Shown piece after piece: positions 30,038-43,446 of a DNA stretch of 64,000 nt. Numbering within the stretch: position 1 is the stretch's first letter; the number at the start of each line of letters is the position of its first letter. The position numbers and the translations under genes were made by a program. The notes beneath the pieces were generated by a model. The model worked only from the letters and a program-made list of their open reading frames with translations, was not told the DNA's origin and searched no databases. Origin of the DNA: an uncultured delta proteobacterium (lineage in GTDB: Bacteria > Desulfobacterota > Binatia > HRBIN30 > BPIQ01); the NCBI GenBank assembly GCA_963761335.1, contig CAVXGR010000024.1:182628-246627 (forward strand), written 5' to 3'.

Positions 30038-30066
30038 TTCACATCGTTGTACGGTTCGACTATGAA
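30038..30066 (+). promoter_or_regulatory. Predicted sigma70 promoter for guaA
   Basis: TTCACA-N17-TATGAA, -35 begins 15 bp after MITE end. Confidence 0.5.
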
Positions 30067-30094
30067 GGCGGCGGGATGAGCGGGGGGGAATGAG

Positions 30095-31624
30095 ATGATC
30101 CTGGTTCTGGATTTCGGCGGCCAGTACACTCAGCTCATCGCCCGGCGCGTTCGCGAGGCGCACGTCTATTGCGAGATTCACCCGTACTCGCTGTCCCTCG
30201 AGCGCATCTCCGCCATGCGGCCGGAGGGCATCATCCTCTCCGGCGGTCCGGCGAGCGTCTATCAGGAGGACGCGCCCCTGCCGGATCGCGGCATTCTCGA
30301 TCTCGGCTGCCCGCTTCTCGGCATCTGCTACGGCATGGGGGTGCTGACTCTCTTCAACGGCGGGCGGGTGGCGCGCGCCAGCCGCCGCGAGTACGGCCCG
30401 GCGCGGCTGCAGATCGACGATGACCGCGATCTTCTCGCCGGCCTCAGCGGCGAGCCGATGCCGGTGTGGATGAGCCACGGCGACAAGATGGAGTCGCTGC
30501 CCGCCGGCTGGACGGTCCTGGCGCACAGCGACAACTCGCCCATCGCCGCCTGCGCCGACGCGGCACGCCGCCGCTTCGGCGTGCAGTTCCACCCCGAGGT
30601 GGTGCACACGCCGCGCGGCCGCGAGGTGTTGGAGAACTTCGTCCTGCGCATCTGCCGGGCCCGCCCCGACTGGACCATGGAAGGGTTCGTCGAACGCGAG
30701 TGCGAGATGATCCGCGCCCGCGTCGGCGATGGCGGGGTCGTCTGCGGCCTCTCCGGAGGCGTCGACTCGACGGTGGTGGCGGCGCTCATTCACCGCGCCA
30801 TCGGCGACCAGCTGACCTGCATCTTCGTCGACAACGGGCTGCTGCGCCGCGACGAGGCCGCCGAGGTGGTGCGCGTCTGCCGCGAGCACTTCCACTTCAA
30901 CCTGCGCCACGTCGACGCCGCGGAGCTCTTCCTCGATCGCCTCGCCGGCGTCGAGGACCCGGAGAAGAAGCGGCGCATCATCGGCAACACTTTCATCGAG
31001 GTGTTCGAGCGCGAGGCCCGGGACCTCCGCGACGTGCGCTTCCTGGCCCAGGGGACGCTTTACCCCGACGTCATCGAGTCGGTGTCCTTCAAGGGGCCGT
31101 CGGCGACCATCAAGAGCCATCACAACGTCGGCGGCCTTCCGGAGCGCATGCACCTGCAGCTCATCGAGCCGCTGCGCGAGCTCTTCAAGGACGAGGCGCG
31201 CGTCCTCGGCGCTGTCCTCGGGGTGCCTCCGGAGATCATCCACCGGCAGCCGTTTCCCGGTCCCGGCCTGGCCATCCGCATCCTCGGACCGGTGACCCGC
31301 GAGGGGTTGGAGACGTTGCGCGACGCCGATGCCATCGTCGACGAGGAGATCCGCGCCGCCGATCTCTACACCGAGCTGTGGCAGGCCTTCGCGGTGCTCC
31401 TGCCGGTCCGCACCGTCGGCGTCATGGGCGACGAGCGCAGCTACGAGAACGTCCTCGCGCTGCGCGCCGTCTACAGCATCGACGGCATGACCGCGGACTG
31501 GGCGCGCCTGCCGTACGACCTGCTGGCGCGGCTGTCGTCGCGGATCATCAACGAGGTGCGCGGCGTCAACCGCGTCGTCTACGACGTCTCTTCGAAGCCG
31601 CCGGCGACCATCGAGTGGGAATGA
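30095..31624 (+). CDS. guaA: GMP synthase (glutamine-hydrolysing)
   Basis: [45 protein letters not shown]. Confidence 0.98.
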   Translation: MILVLDFGGQYTQLIARRVREAHVYCEIHPYSLSLERISAMRPEGIILSGGPASVYQEDAPLPDRGILDLGCPLLGICYGMGVLTLFNGGRVARASRREYGPARLQIDDDRDLLAGLSGEPMPVWMSHGDKMESLPAGWTVLAHSDNSPIAACADAARRRFGVQFHPEVVHTPRGREVLENFVLRICRARPDWTMEGFVERECEMIRARVGDGGVVCGLSGGVDSTVVAALIHRAIGDQLTCIFVDNGLLRRDEAAEVVRVCREHFHFNLRHVDAAELFLDRLAGVEDPEKKRRIIGNTFIEVFEREARDLRDVRFLAQGTLYPDVIESVSFKGPSATIKSHHNVGGLPERMHLQLIEPLRELFKDEARVLGAVLGVPPEIIHRQPFPGPGLAIRILGPVTREGLETLRDADAIVDEEIRAADLYTELWQAFAVLLPVRTVGVMGDERSYENVLALRAVYSIDGMTADWARLPYDLLARLSSRIINEVRGVNRVVYDVSSKPPATIEWE

Positions 31625-31666
31625 CGCCACGGCAGCGCGAGCGGGGCAGGGGATGACGGGGGAGAG

Positions 31667-35154
<3,488 letters not shown>

Positions 35155-35158
<4 letters not shown>

Positions 35159-36456
35159 GCCGCCGGCTGCGCAATCGCCTGCACGGCACGGACGGGGGAG
35201 TCGATGTCCGGACGCCGCTGACTTCTGTGGAGCGCGCCGTTCTGGTCGGTACCGAGCGCGATTCCGATCACGGCGAGGGCGCCGAGGAATGGATCGCCGA
35301 GCTCGAGCACCTCGGCCGCAGTGCCGGCGTCGAGGTGGTCGCCAAGGTCATTCAGTCGCTCAGGCGCATCGATCCGGCGACCTACATCGGCTCGGGCAAG
35401 GTGGAAGACGTGCGCCAGCTGGCCGCCGCCCGCGGCGCCACCCTGGCGATCTTCGACGAGCGGCTGTCGCCGGCGCAACAGCGCAATCTCGAGCAGGCGC
35501 TCGGTCTCAAGGTCATCGACCGCAACCAGCTCATCCTCGACATCTTCGCGCAGCGCGCTCACAGCCAGGCCGGCAAGCTGCAGGTGGAGCTGGCGCAGCT
35601 CGAGTATCTGCTGCCGCGGCTGACCCGCCAGTGGCAGCACCTCTCGCGCCTCGGCGGCGGCGTCGGCACCCGCGGCCCCGGTGAGACCCAGCTCGAGGTC
35701 GATCGCCGTCGGGTGCGCGAGCGCATCGCCTCGCTGCGCCGCCGCCTCCGGCAGGTGGCACGCACGCGCTCGCTGCACCGCCGCGGCCGCGCCCAGGTGC
35801 CGCTGCCGACGGTTGCCCTGGTGGGATACACCAACTCCGGAAAGTCGACGCTGATGAACCGCCTGACCGATGCCGGCGTGCTGGTCGAGGACAAGCTCTT
35901 CGCCACCCTCGACCCGACGACGCGCCGCCTGCGCCTGCCGAGCACCGGCACGGTGCTGCTGAGCGACACGGTCGGCTTCATCAACAAGCTGCCGCACGGC
36001 TTCGTCGACGCCTTCAAGAGCACGCTCGAAGAGGTGCGCAGCGCCGATCTCCTCCTGCACGTGGTGGATGCGTCCAATCCCGACGCCGAGGTGCAGATGC
36101 AGGTGGTCGAGCGCGTCCTCGAGGAGCTGGGGGCGGCGGATCGTCCGGTGCTCGTGGTTCTCAACAAGGCCGATCTCTGGCAGGACGGCCCGACGGTGCG
36201 CGTCGCCGGCGGGCTGGCGGTCTCGGCGCTCACCGGCACCGGCATCGAGGCCCTGCGGCACGCCATCGAGCACCGCCTGGCCGAGTCTCAGGAGCGCCTC
36301 GCCGTCGACGTCCCAGCGGCGCGGGGGGATCTGCTCGCCCAGCTTCATCGCGGCGGCCAGGTGCTCGAGGAGCAGTTCTTCGACGGCGTGGTGCGCGTCA
36401 CGGCGATGGTGCCGCCCAAGCTCGCCGGGCAGGTGCGCAAGGCGCTCCAGGGCTGA
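35155..36456 (+). CDS. hflX: GTPase HflX
   Basis: LILDIFAQRA, GPGETQLE, GYTNSGKST, DTVGF, NKAD. Confidence 0.96.
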
Positions 36457-36487
36457 GGCGGTACGCCTCGCGACAGGGCGACGGACC

Positions 36488-37033
36488 TTGCTGAACCTAC
36501 CGAACACCCTGACGCTGCTGCGCGTCGTCGCCATCCCGGTCTTTCTCATCAGCCTGACCAACGGGCACCCGGGCACCGCCCTGGCGATCTTCATGGCCGC
36601 CGGCATGACCGACGCCGTCGACGGCGCCCTGGCGCGGCTGACCGGGACGCAGAGCGAGTTCGGCGCCACGCTCGACCCGCTCGCCGACAAGCTCCTCATG
36701 GTCAGCTCCTTCATCGTCCTCGCCTGGTACGACGCCGTGCCATCGTGGCTGACGATCATCGTGCTCACGCGCGAGGTGGTTCTCCTCCTCGGCTACTGGG
36801 TCATCTTCTTCGTCAGCCAGCCGGTGCAGGTGCGGCCCAGCGCCATCGGCAAGGTGAACACCTTCTTTCAGCTGTTCACCGTCGGCTTCGCCCTGCTCAC
36901 CATGGCGCGCCCCGACCTGCCGATGGCCGGCGTCAACCTGGTGACCCAGTCGATCACTGCCGCCACCACCACCGCCTCCGGCGTCCAGTACGTCTACCGG
37001 GGGCTGCTGTGGCAGCAGACGCATGCGGCGTGA
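36488..37033 (+). CDS. CDP-alcohol phosphatidyltransferase (PgsA-like)
   Basis: NLPNTLTLLR, TDAVDGALAR...G..LDPLADK; TTG start inferred. Confidence 0.9.
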   Translation: MLNLPNTLTLLRVVAIPVFLISLTNGHPGTALAIFMAAGMTDAVDGALARLTGTQSEFGATLDPLADKLLMVSSFIVLAWYDAVPSWLTIIVLTREVVLLLGYWVIFFVSQPVQVRPSAIGKVNTFFQLFTVGFALLTMARPDLPMAGVNLVTQSITAATTTASGVQYVYRGLLWQQTHAA

Positions 37034-37034
37034 A

Positions 37035-37190
37035 GAGGAAGAGAATGTAAAATGAAAGACCGGTGACCGGTGATGGAGAACCGGCAAACGGCCCCACCCA
37101 TACACCGGTGACGGTGACGGCTACGCCCGATCCATTCATTGACCGGTTCTGAATCACCGGTCACCGGTTTTTCATTTTACATCTCTTCTC
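37035..37190. repeat. Family C inverted-repeat element
   Basis: GAAGAGAATGTAAAATGAAAGACCGGTGACCGGTGAT...ATCACCGGTCACCGGTTTTTCATTTTACATCTCTTC. Confidence 0.85.
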
Positions 37191-37280
37191 TCTCTGCTGG
37201 CCGCGCTTCCCACGCCCGTGGGCACGCGTCGTCTTGCGCCGGCCCCGCGCTCGCGCCACTGTCGGCGCCGGAGGAACGAA

Positions 37281-37862
37281 ATGGCGCGCGTATTCGAGCA
37301 GATCGACGACTCACTGGCAGCCTTCATCGGCGCTCAGCGGATGTTCTTCGTGGCCACCGCGCCGCTGGACGCCACCGGCCTGGTGAATCTGTCGCCCAAG
37401 GGTCTCGACACCCTCCGCATCCTCGACCCACACACGGTCGCTTACCTCGACCTCACCGGAAGCGGCGTCGAGACCATCGCCCATCTGCGCGAGAACGGCC
37501 GTATCGCCATCCTCTTCTGCTCTTTCGAGGGCAGCCCGGAGATTTTGCGGCTGCACGGGCAGGGTGCCGTGCTGGAGCCCTCCGATCCCGAGTTCGCGGC
37601 TCTGCGCCCGCGATTTCCCGAGGTCGAGGGGAACCGCTCGATCATCCGCATCGCCGTGAAGCGGATCGCCACCTCGTGCGGCTACGCCGTGCCGCTCTAC
37701 CAGTTCGAGGGCCAACGCTCGCAGCTGCTCGACTGGGCCCGCAATCGCGGTACCGAGGGGCTGGAACGCTATCGCCGGGAGCACAACAGCGAGAGCCTCG
37801 ATGGCCTTCCGGCGCTTCGAGGCGAGCGGCCGCGTGCAGGCTCAGAAAGGAACCCGTCATGA
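37281..37862 (+). CDS. Pyridoxamine 5'-phosphate oxidase-like (split barrel) protein
   Basis: FFVATAP, VNLSPKG, YLDLTGSGVETIAHLRENGR, SCGYAVP. Confidence 0.88.
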   Translation: MARVFEQIDDSLAAFIGAQRMFFVATAPLDATGLVNLSPKGLDTLRILDPHTVAYLDLTGSGVETIAHLRENGRIAILFCSFEGSPEILRLHGQGAVLEPSDPEFAALRPRFPEVEGNRSIIRIAVKRIATSCGYAVPLYQFEGQRSQLLDWARNRGTEGLERYRREHNSESLDGLPALRGERPRAGSERNPS

Positions 37863-38638
37863 GCGCCGATTCCGTTCTTCGGCGCAATCTGCTCGGCGGC
37901 ATTCTCACCCTGCTCGCCGCTGCCGCCATCGCCGGGGTGGCGAGCCCGGCCCTTGCCGCGCCGGACTACACGGCGATTGTCGCCGCTCTGGACCGCAGCG
38001 AAGCCGATCGGGCCCTCGACGCCGGCCGCCATCCGGCGCAGATGCTGGCCTTCATCGGCGTCACTCCCGGCATGCGGGTCGCCGAGCTCGGCGCCGCCGG
38101 CGGCTACACCACCGAGCTTCTGGCGCGCGCCGTCGGTCCGAGCGGCGTCGTCTACGGGCAGAACTCGCGCTTCATTCTCGACCGCTTCGCGGAAAAGCCC
38201 TGGAGCGAGCGCCTGGCAAAGCCGGTGATGAAGACGGTGGTCCGCATCGACCGCGAGTTCGCCGATCCGCTCCCAGACGACGCCCGCGACCTCGATGCCG
38301 TCATCATCAATCTCTTCTACCACGACACCGTGTGGATGGGCGTGGACCGTGCGGCCATGAACCGCGCCGTCTTCCGGGCTCTCAAGCCGGGAGGCGTCTA
38401 CGTCATCATCGACCACAGCGGCCGGCCACACACCGGCACCTCCGAGACCAAGTCCCTGCATCGCATCGAGGAGACGGCGCTGCGCCGCGAAGTCGAGGCC
38501 GCCGGGTTTCGCTTGGCCGAAGAATCCAGCTTCCTGCGCAATCCCGCCGACAGGCGCGACTGGAACGCCTCGCCCTCCGCCGCCGGCAAGCGCCGCGGCA
38601 CCAGCGACCGCTTCGCGCTGAAGTACGTCAAGCCGTGA
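37859..38638 (+). CDS. Exported class I SAM-dependent methyltransferase-like protein
   Basis: Signal peptide, ELGAAGGYTT, YHD, ALKPGG, IDH, DRFALK. Confidence 0.85.
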   Translation: MSADSVLRRNLLGGILTLLAAAAIAGVASPALAAPDYTAIVAALDRSEADRALDAGRHPAQMLAFIGVTPGMRVAELGAAGGYTTELLARAVGPSGVVYGQNSRFILDRFAEKPWSERLAKPVMKTVVRIDREFADPLPDDARDLDAVIINLFYHDTVWMGVDRAAMNRAVFRALKPGGVYVIIDHSGRPHTGTSETKSLHRIEETALRREVEAAGFRLAEESSFLRNPADRRDWNASPSAAGKRRGTSDRFALKYVKP

Positions 38639-38640
38639 AT

Positions 38641-38768
38641 GAAGAGAATGTAAAATGGAGAGCTGGTGACCGGTGATGGAGAACCGGCCAATGTTGTTGG
38701 ACTGATGCGGCCCGTTTGCCGGTTCTGAATCACCGGTCACCGGTTCTCCATTCTACATTCTCTTCCTC
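38641..38768. repeat. Family C inverted-repeat element
   Basis: GAAGAGAATGTAAAATGGAGAGCTGGTGACCGGTGAT...ATCACCGGTCACCGGTTCTCCATTCTACATTCTCTTC. Confidence 0.88.
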
Positions 38769-38771
38769 GTC

Positions 38772-38937
38772 CTCATTCCCCATTCTCATTCCCGGCTCTC
38801 ATCCCGTCGTGTTCCATTCGCTCTGACAGCCGCAAGTACCGGCAGCCGGTTGGTGGCCCGCAGCGAGCAGAACAATGGAAAACGACGGGATGAGAACCGG
38901 GGATGAGAACCGGGGATGAGAACCGGGGATGACGGGA
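38772..38937. repeat. Family A inverted-repeat element, copy 4
   Basis: CTCATCCCGTCGTGTTCCATT...AATGGAAAACGACG followed by (GGATGAGAACCGG)x3. Confidence 0.88.
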
Positions 38938-38983
38938 GTACCGATGTTGGGGGTCTCGTCTCGACCGCTGCGCTCCCAGCGCT

Positions 38984-39259
38984 GAGTACTGTCTAAGTCG
39001 GGGAACATGCCCCATTGACAACGACTGCGGTTGTCTTGACGACGGTGCGAGCGCGGGTTCCCTCTCCCGCATCTTCTCGCGGGAGAGGGACAGGGTGAGG
39101 GCGCCGATCTCTTTGAACGTCGCAGAAATCATAGACTTTCAGTGAGAGGGACCCCTCACCTTGATCCTCTCCCCGCGGAAGAATGCGGGGAGAGGAGACC
39201 TTTCCCCGAGCCGGGGAAGCACAACAGGAAGGTCAGATCGGCAATTCGGGACATCACCC
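38984..39259. mobile_element. MITE copy 3 (276 bp) with 6-bp TSD AGCGCT
   Basis: Ends GAGTACTGTCTAA...CGGGACATCACCC; AGCGCT at 38978-38983 and 39260-39265. Confidence 0.87.
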
Positions 39260-39267
39260 AGCGCTGG

Positions 39268-39325
39268 CAGACGTTTGACTTGCGCCGGCACGGCGACGAA
39301 ATTCAGAGCCATGCCATTCCAGGAG
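39268..39325 (+). repeat. Duplicated promoter and first codons of the aidB-like gene
   Basis: 55/58 identity to 41717-41774 (TTGACT-N17-GAAATT...ATGCCATTCCAGGAG). Confidence 0.88.
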
Positions 39326-39336
39326 GGAGCTTTGTG

Positions 39337-41475
39337 ATGGCGCGCAGACCGTTTCCGATCGCTCCCCGATATTTCGTCGTCGCGATCATTCTCATCGCGG
39401 CGTCGATGGGCGAGTCCCTGGCGGGCCTCGGCAACGCAGCGTTCTCTGCGGGCGGAACGATCGCCGCCTTCAGCACGTACGGGAGTGTCTGGTGGCTGGT
39501 TCGCGACGCAAAGGTCGTGGACAGTGGCAGGCGCCGCGAGTTTCCCTCAGTCACCGAGGGCGCTGCCGCAACGGTCGATGGGAAGATCGTCGAGGTGTAT
39601 TGGGTCTACCCCGGCGACTTGCCGGGGGGCGGAGAGGCTCGTCACGCCGGTATCGACGTTCTCAGCCCCGATGGACAGCTCGAGAAGCGCTGGCTCTTCG
39701 CTGACCGTCAGTTTGACGGCCTCGCGGTCAATGAGGACGGGCACTTGTGGGTGTCTGACACGGCTGCTGAAGAGCTGCTGCAGATCGACCTCGCGGATGG
39801 CTCGATTCGGCGGCGGATGCCGCTCCAGACGACCGAGCGGCTCCAGGATATCGACTCGAACGGTTTCTTCTATCTGCTCGCCGCGGCCGGAAACGGCTGG
39901 TCGATTCGCATAAGAAACCCACAGGGCGCCTACGTGCGGGACATCTCACTCGGCGACAGCTCGGTCGTTCCTTGGGTACGGATCGATCCGGAAGGTCGGC
40001 TGCTCGCCCTGGTGCTGCTGCAGCCGATCCTCAGCAGCCGCCTCTTCACGCTCCGCCCGGACGGCGAGGTGATCGACTCGACAGAGGTTCCGGTCAACTC
40101 TCTCAGCTTTGCACTTACACCAAGCGGGGACGCCTGGTTTGGCTTCAGAGATTTCCGCGAGCCCGTGACGTCAAGTCTCAAGGCGATTGGCACTGACGGC
40201 ACCGTCGGGGAAGAGATCGCGCTTCCGGTGGCCGATGAGGCGGGACCTTTCGGCTACGTGGATTACGTCACCTTCCTGCCGCGGACGCCGCGCGGCTCAC
40301 TCTGCGACGAGGAGCGCTGTCCGGCTGCAGGGCCAGGGCCCGCGTCCGGCTATCCACCGGGTACGGTTGTGGCGTTCAGCGCCGATGCTGGGGTGTACTG
40401 GATTGTCCGCGACGGGGAGTTCGTGGAGGGCGGTTCGAGAAACGCGACGTTCAGCTCATTCGACACGCCAGGGGTGGTCGCCACGGGAGACGGGAAGATC
40501 GTAGAGCCGTACCGAGCGAGCTTCTCCGATCCGGGACGTGAGCGCGCCAACGAGAGCTTCGGAGGGATCGACATCCGAGGGCCGGACGGTACGGAGCAGC
40601 GGTGGCTATTTCAGGGGCGGCTGTTTTCCGGGATCGCCATCGATGAGTCGGGCGACGTCTGGCTCTCGACGGCCCGCGAGCTCCTGCAGATCGATCTCGC
40701 GAATGGGCTGGCGCGCCGGCGCATACCCCTGCCATTCCTGCAGCCCGAGGCTCTGCAGGACATCGACGCCAACGGATTTTTCTATCTTCGCGCCGCGCTC
40801 GGGATTGGGAGCGCGGCGATCCGCATCCGCACTCCCGCAGGCGCGTATGTGCGCGATATTGCGATTCCAGGGGCGCCTTTCGCGTCCGTACGGATCGATA
40901 GAGAAGGTCTGTTGTTGGTGAAGGCTACGGGGACGGCTTTGCTTACCCTGCTCCCGAATGGGGAAGTGATGAAAGCCGTGGAGGTTGTAGGCTCGCGGGG
41001 CTTTGCCCTTACGCCGGACGGTACTGCATGGTTTGGAGCCAACTCGTCAGATGGGCTCCGGGCAGCGGTCAAGGAATTCACCTTGGACGGCACGGTGCTG
41101 CAAGACGTAGTCTTGCCGAGCCAGCAGTTCGGCGTTGATTCCATAGCCGTGATCCCCCGGGCGCCGCGCGGATCTCAGTGCGACGACGAACGCTGCCCCG
41201 CTGCACCCCCGACGCCCGCGCAAACTCAGATTCCGACGCCTACAGCCACAGGCGGCGTAGCACCGACCGTCACGCCGTGCTCGATGGATACCGCGACACC
41301 GGCGGCTGCGACTGCTGCGGACCCGTCCCTGTCTCCTTCGCCAAGAGTCACGGAAAACGGAACGCTTCTCGCGTCCAGCTCCGCTGGCTGCAATACTGGC
41401 TCGGCGCAGCGCCCGAGCTGGCCGGCCCTGCCGTTGCTGCCGGTGCTTCTCTGGTTGAGGAGGAAGAGAATGTAG
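39337..41475 (+). CDS. Secreted protein with two tandem beta-propeller-like repeats, Pro/Thr linker and C-terminal Cys-TM-Arg sorting signal
   Basis: Signal peptide; repeats each start GTxxAFS and end PRxPRGSxCDxERCPAA; tail SSSAGCNT...WPALPLLPVLLWLRRKRM. Confidence 0.82.
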   Translation: MARRPFPIAPRYFVVAIILIAASMGESLAGLGNAAFSAGGTIAAFSTYGSVWWLVRDAKVVDSGRRREFPSVTEGAAATVDGKIVEVYWVYPGDLPGGGEARHAGIDVLSPDGQLEKRWLFADRQFDGLAVNEDGHLWVSDTAAEELLQIDLADGSIRRRMPLQTTERLQDIDSNGFFYLLAAAGNGWSIRIRNPQGAYVRDISLGDSSVVPWVRIDPEGRLLALVLLQPILSSRLFTLRPDGEVIDSTEVPVNSLSFALTPSGDAWFGFRDFREPVTSSLKAIGTDGTVGEEIALPVADEAGPFGYVDYVTFLPRTPRGSLCDEERCPAAGPGPASGYPPGTVVAFSADAGVYWIVRDGEFVEGGSRNATFSSFDTPGVVATGDGKIVEPYRASFSDPGRERANESFGGIDIRGPDGTEQRWLFQGRLFSGIAIDESGDVWLSTARELLQIDLANGLARRRIPLPFLQPEALQDIDANGFFYLRAALGIGSAAIRIRTPAGAYVRDIAIPGAPFASVRIDREGLLLVKATGTALLTLLPNGEVMKAVEVVGSRGFALTPDGTAWFGANSSDGLRAAVKEFTLDGTVLQDVVLPSQQFGVDSIAVIPRAPRGSQCDDERCPAAPPTPAQTQIPTPTATGGVAPTVTPCSMDTATPAAATAADPSLSPSPRVTENGTLLASSSAGCNTGSAQRPSWPALPLLPVLLWLRRKRM

Positions 41476-41530
41476 AATGGAGAACCGGTGACCGGTGATT
41501 CAGGACCGGCAAACGGGCCGCATCAATCCA
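41460..41530 (+). repeat. Family C arm (inverted near-copy of 38697-38768) supplying stop codon
   Basis: GAGGAAGAGAATGTAGAATGGAGAACCGGTGACCGGTGATTCAGGACCGGCAAACGGGCCGCATCA. Confidence 0.85.
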
Positions 41531-41675
41531 TTCTCCATTCTCATCCCCGGTTCTCATCCCGTCGTTTTCCATTCGCTCTAAGAGCCGCAAGTAGCCCGCA
41601 GCCGGTCGGTGTTTCCGCGGCACGGAGAACAATGGAAAACGACGGGATGAGAACCGGGGATGAGAATGGAGAATG
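41530..41675. repeat. Family A inverted-repeat element, copy 5
   Basis: Long arms ATTCTCCATTCTCATCCCCGGTTCTCATCCCGTCGTTTTCCATT and its reverse complement. Confidence 0.9.
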
Positions 41676-41759
41676 ACGGAAGCACAGAGGTTGGGGTTTC
41701 GGGCTCCGAGCCCTTCCAGGCGTTTGACTTGCGCCGGCACAGCGACGAAATTCGGAGCC

Positions 41760-43430
41760 ATGCCATTCCAGGAGCCCAGCTCGCCGTACGTCACCCACGA
41801 CGTCGTCAATCAACCGCCGCCGCTCGAGGACTACAATCTCTTCGTGCAGGACCGGGCACTGAACGAGGCATTGCGGCGCGAGGGCGCCGCCTGGGCGGAG
41901 GAGCGGGCGCTGCGCTTCGGCGAGATCGTCGGCCGCCGCCAGACCATCGAGTGGGGAATCCAGGCGAACGCCAACTCGCCCGTGCTGCGTACGCATGATC
42001 GCTACGGACACCGCATCGACGAGGTGGAGTTCCATCCCGCCTGGCACCAGCTCTTCGCCCTGGCGGTCGAGCACGAGCTGCACGCTCTGCCGTGGCGCGA
42101 GGCCCGCCCCGGCGGCCATGCGGCCCGCGCCGCCCTCTTCTCGATGCTGTCACAGGTCGAGGCGGGAGTCGGCTGTCCACTGTCCATGACCTATTCGGCG
42201 GTGCCGGCGCTGCGCCAGCAGCCCGAGGTGGCCCGCGAATGGGAGCCGCGCCTGACGTCCAATCAGTACGACCCGCGCATGATTCCCGCGGTGCAGAAAC
42301 GCGGGGCGATCTGCGGCATGGCGATGACCGAGAAGCAGGGAGGCTCGGATGTGCGCGCCAACAGCACGCGGGCGCGCGCCCTGGGCTCCGGCGGCCCCGG
42401 CGGTGAGTACGAGATCAGCGGGCACAAGTGGTTCTGCTCGGCGCCCATGTCGGACGCCTTCCTGGTGCTTGCCTACACCGAGCGCGGCCTCTCCTGCTTC
42501 CTGCTGCCGCGCTGGCGCCCCGACGGCACGCGCAATCGCTTCCACATCCAGCGCCTCAAGGACAAGCTCGGCAATCGCTCCAACGCCTCCAGCGAGGTCG
42601 AGTTCCGCGACGCCTGGGCGCGCATGGTCGGCGAGGAGGGCAGGGGCGTGCCCACCATCATCGAGATGGTGAACCACACGCGGCTCGACTGCATCATCGG
42701 CGCCACCGCCGGGATGCGCCAGGCGGTCGCCCAGGCGACGCACCACACCGCGCACCGGGCCGCCTTCGGCCGCCTGCTGAAGGACCAGCCGCTGATGCGC
42801 AACGTGCTCGCCGACCTGTGTGTCGAGTCCGAGGCGGCGACGGTGACCATGATGCGTATCGCCCGCGCCTATGACGAGAGCGAGAGCAGCGAGCACGAGC
42901 GCCTCTTCGCCCGCATCGCCACGGCGGTGATCAAGTACTGGGTGTGCAAGCGCAATCCCGTGCTCACCGCCGAAGCGCTGGAATGCCTCGGCGGCAGCGG
43001 CTACGTCGAGGAGTCGCTGATGCCGCGCCTCTATCGCGAGGCGCCGCTCAACTCGATCTGGGAAGGCTCCGGCAACGTCATCTGTCTGGACGTGCTGCGC
43101 GCCATGGCCAAGGGGCCGGAGGTGGTCGACGCCTTCTTCGCCGAGGTCGCCGAGACGCGCGGCGCCGATGTGCGGCTGGACGCCTGGACGGAGACCCTGC
43201 AGGAAGAGCTGCGCGACTTCGAGGACATCGAGGCGCGGGCTCGGCGGTTGGTCGAGAAGATGGCGCTGGCGCTGCAGGGCTCCCTGCTGCTGCGGCACGG
43301 CGATCCGGCGGTGGCCGAGGCCTTCTGCGCTTCGCGTCTTGCCGGCGACCACGGCCTCGCCTTCGGCACCTTGCCGAGCGGCCTCGATGTCGCCCACATC
43401 ATCGAGCGCGCCCGACCGCAGATCGACTGA
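41760..43430 (+). CDS. AidB-like acyl-CoA dehydrogenase
   Basis: THDVVNQPPPL, CPLSMT, MTEKQGGSDV, GHKWFCSAP, KDKLGNRSNAS, SIWEGSGN. Confidence 0.92.
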   Translation: MPFQEPSSPYVTHDVVNQPPPLEDYNLFVQDRALNEALRREGAAWAEERALRFGEIVGRRQTIEWGIQANANSPVLRTHDRYGHRIDEVEFHPAWHQLFALAVEHELHALPWREARPGGHAARAALFSMLSQVEAGVGCPLSMTYSAVPALRQQPEVAREWEPRLTSNQYDPRMIPAVQKRGAICGMAMTEKQGGSDVRANSTRARALGSGGPGGEYEISGHKWFCSAPMSDAFLVLAYTERGLSCFLLPRWRPDGTRNRFHIQRLKDKLGNRSNASSEVEFRDAWARMVGEEGRGVPTIIEMVNHTRLDCIIGATAGMRQAVAQATHHTAHRAAFGRLLKDQPLMRNVLADLCVESEAATVTMMRIARAYDESESSEHERLFARIATAVIKYWVCKRNPVLTAEALECLGGSGYVEESLMPRLYREAPLNSIWEGSGNVICLDVLRAMAKGPEVVDAFFAEVAETRGADVRLDAWTETLQEELRDFEDIEARARRLVEKMALALQGSLLLRHGDPAVAEAFCASRLAGDHGLAFGTLPSGLDVAHIIERARPQID

Positions 43431-43446
43431 GCGCCCGCCGGCGGTC

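Noticed and set aside
38885..38932. Tandem 13-bp repeats as a possible CRISPR array
   Set aside because: No spacers between units, repeats too short, no cas genes; they are arms of family A.
39142..39336. N-terminal extension of the 777-aa ORF
   Set aside because: Reads through the MITE and duplicated promoter; the signal peptide and SD support a start at 39337.
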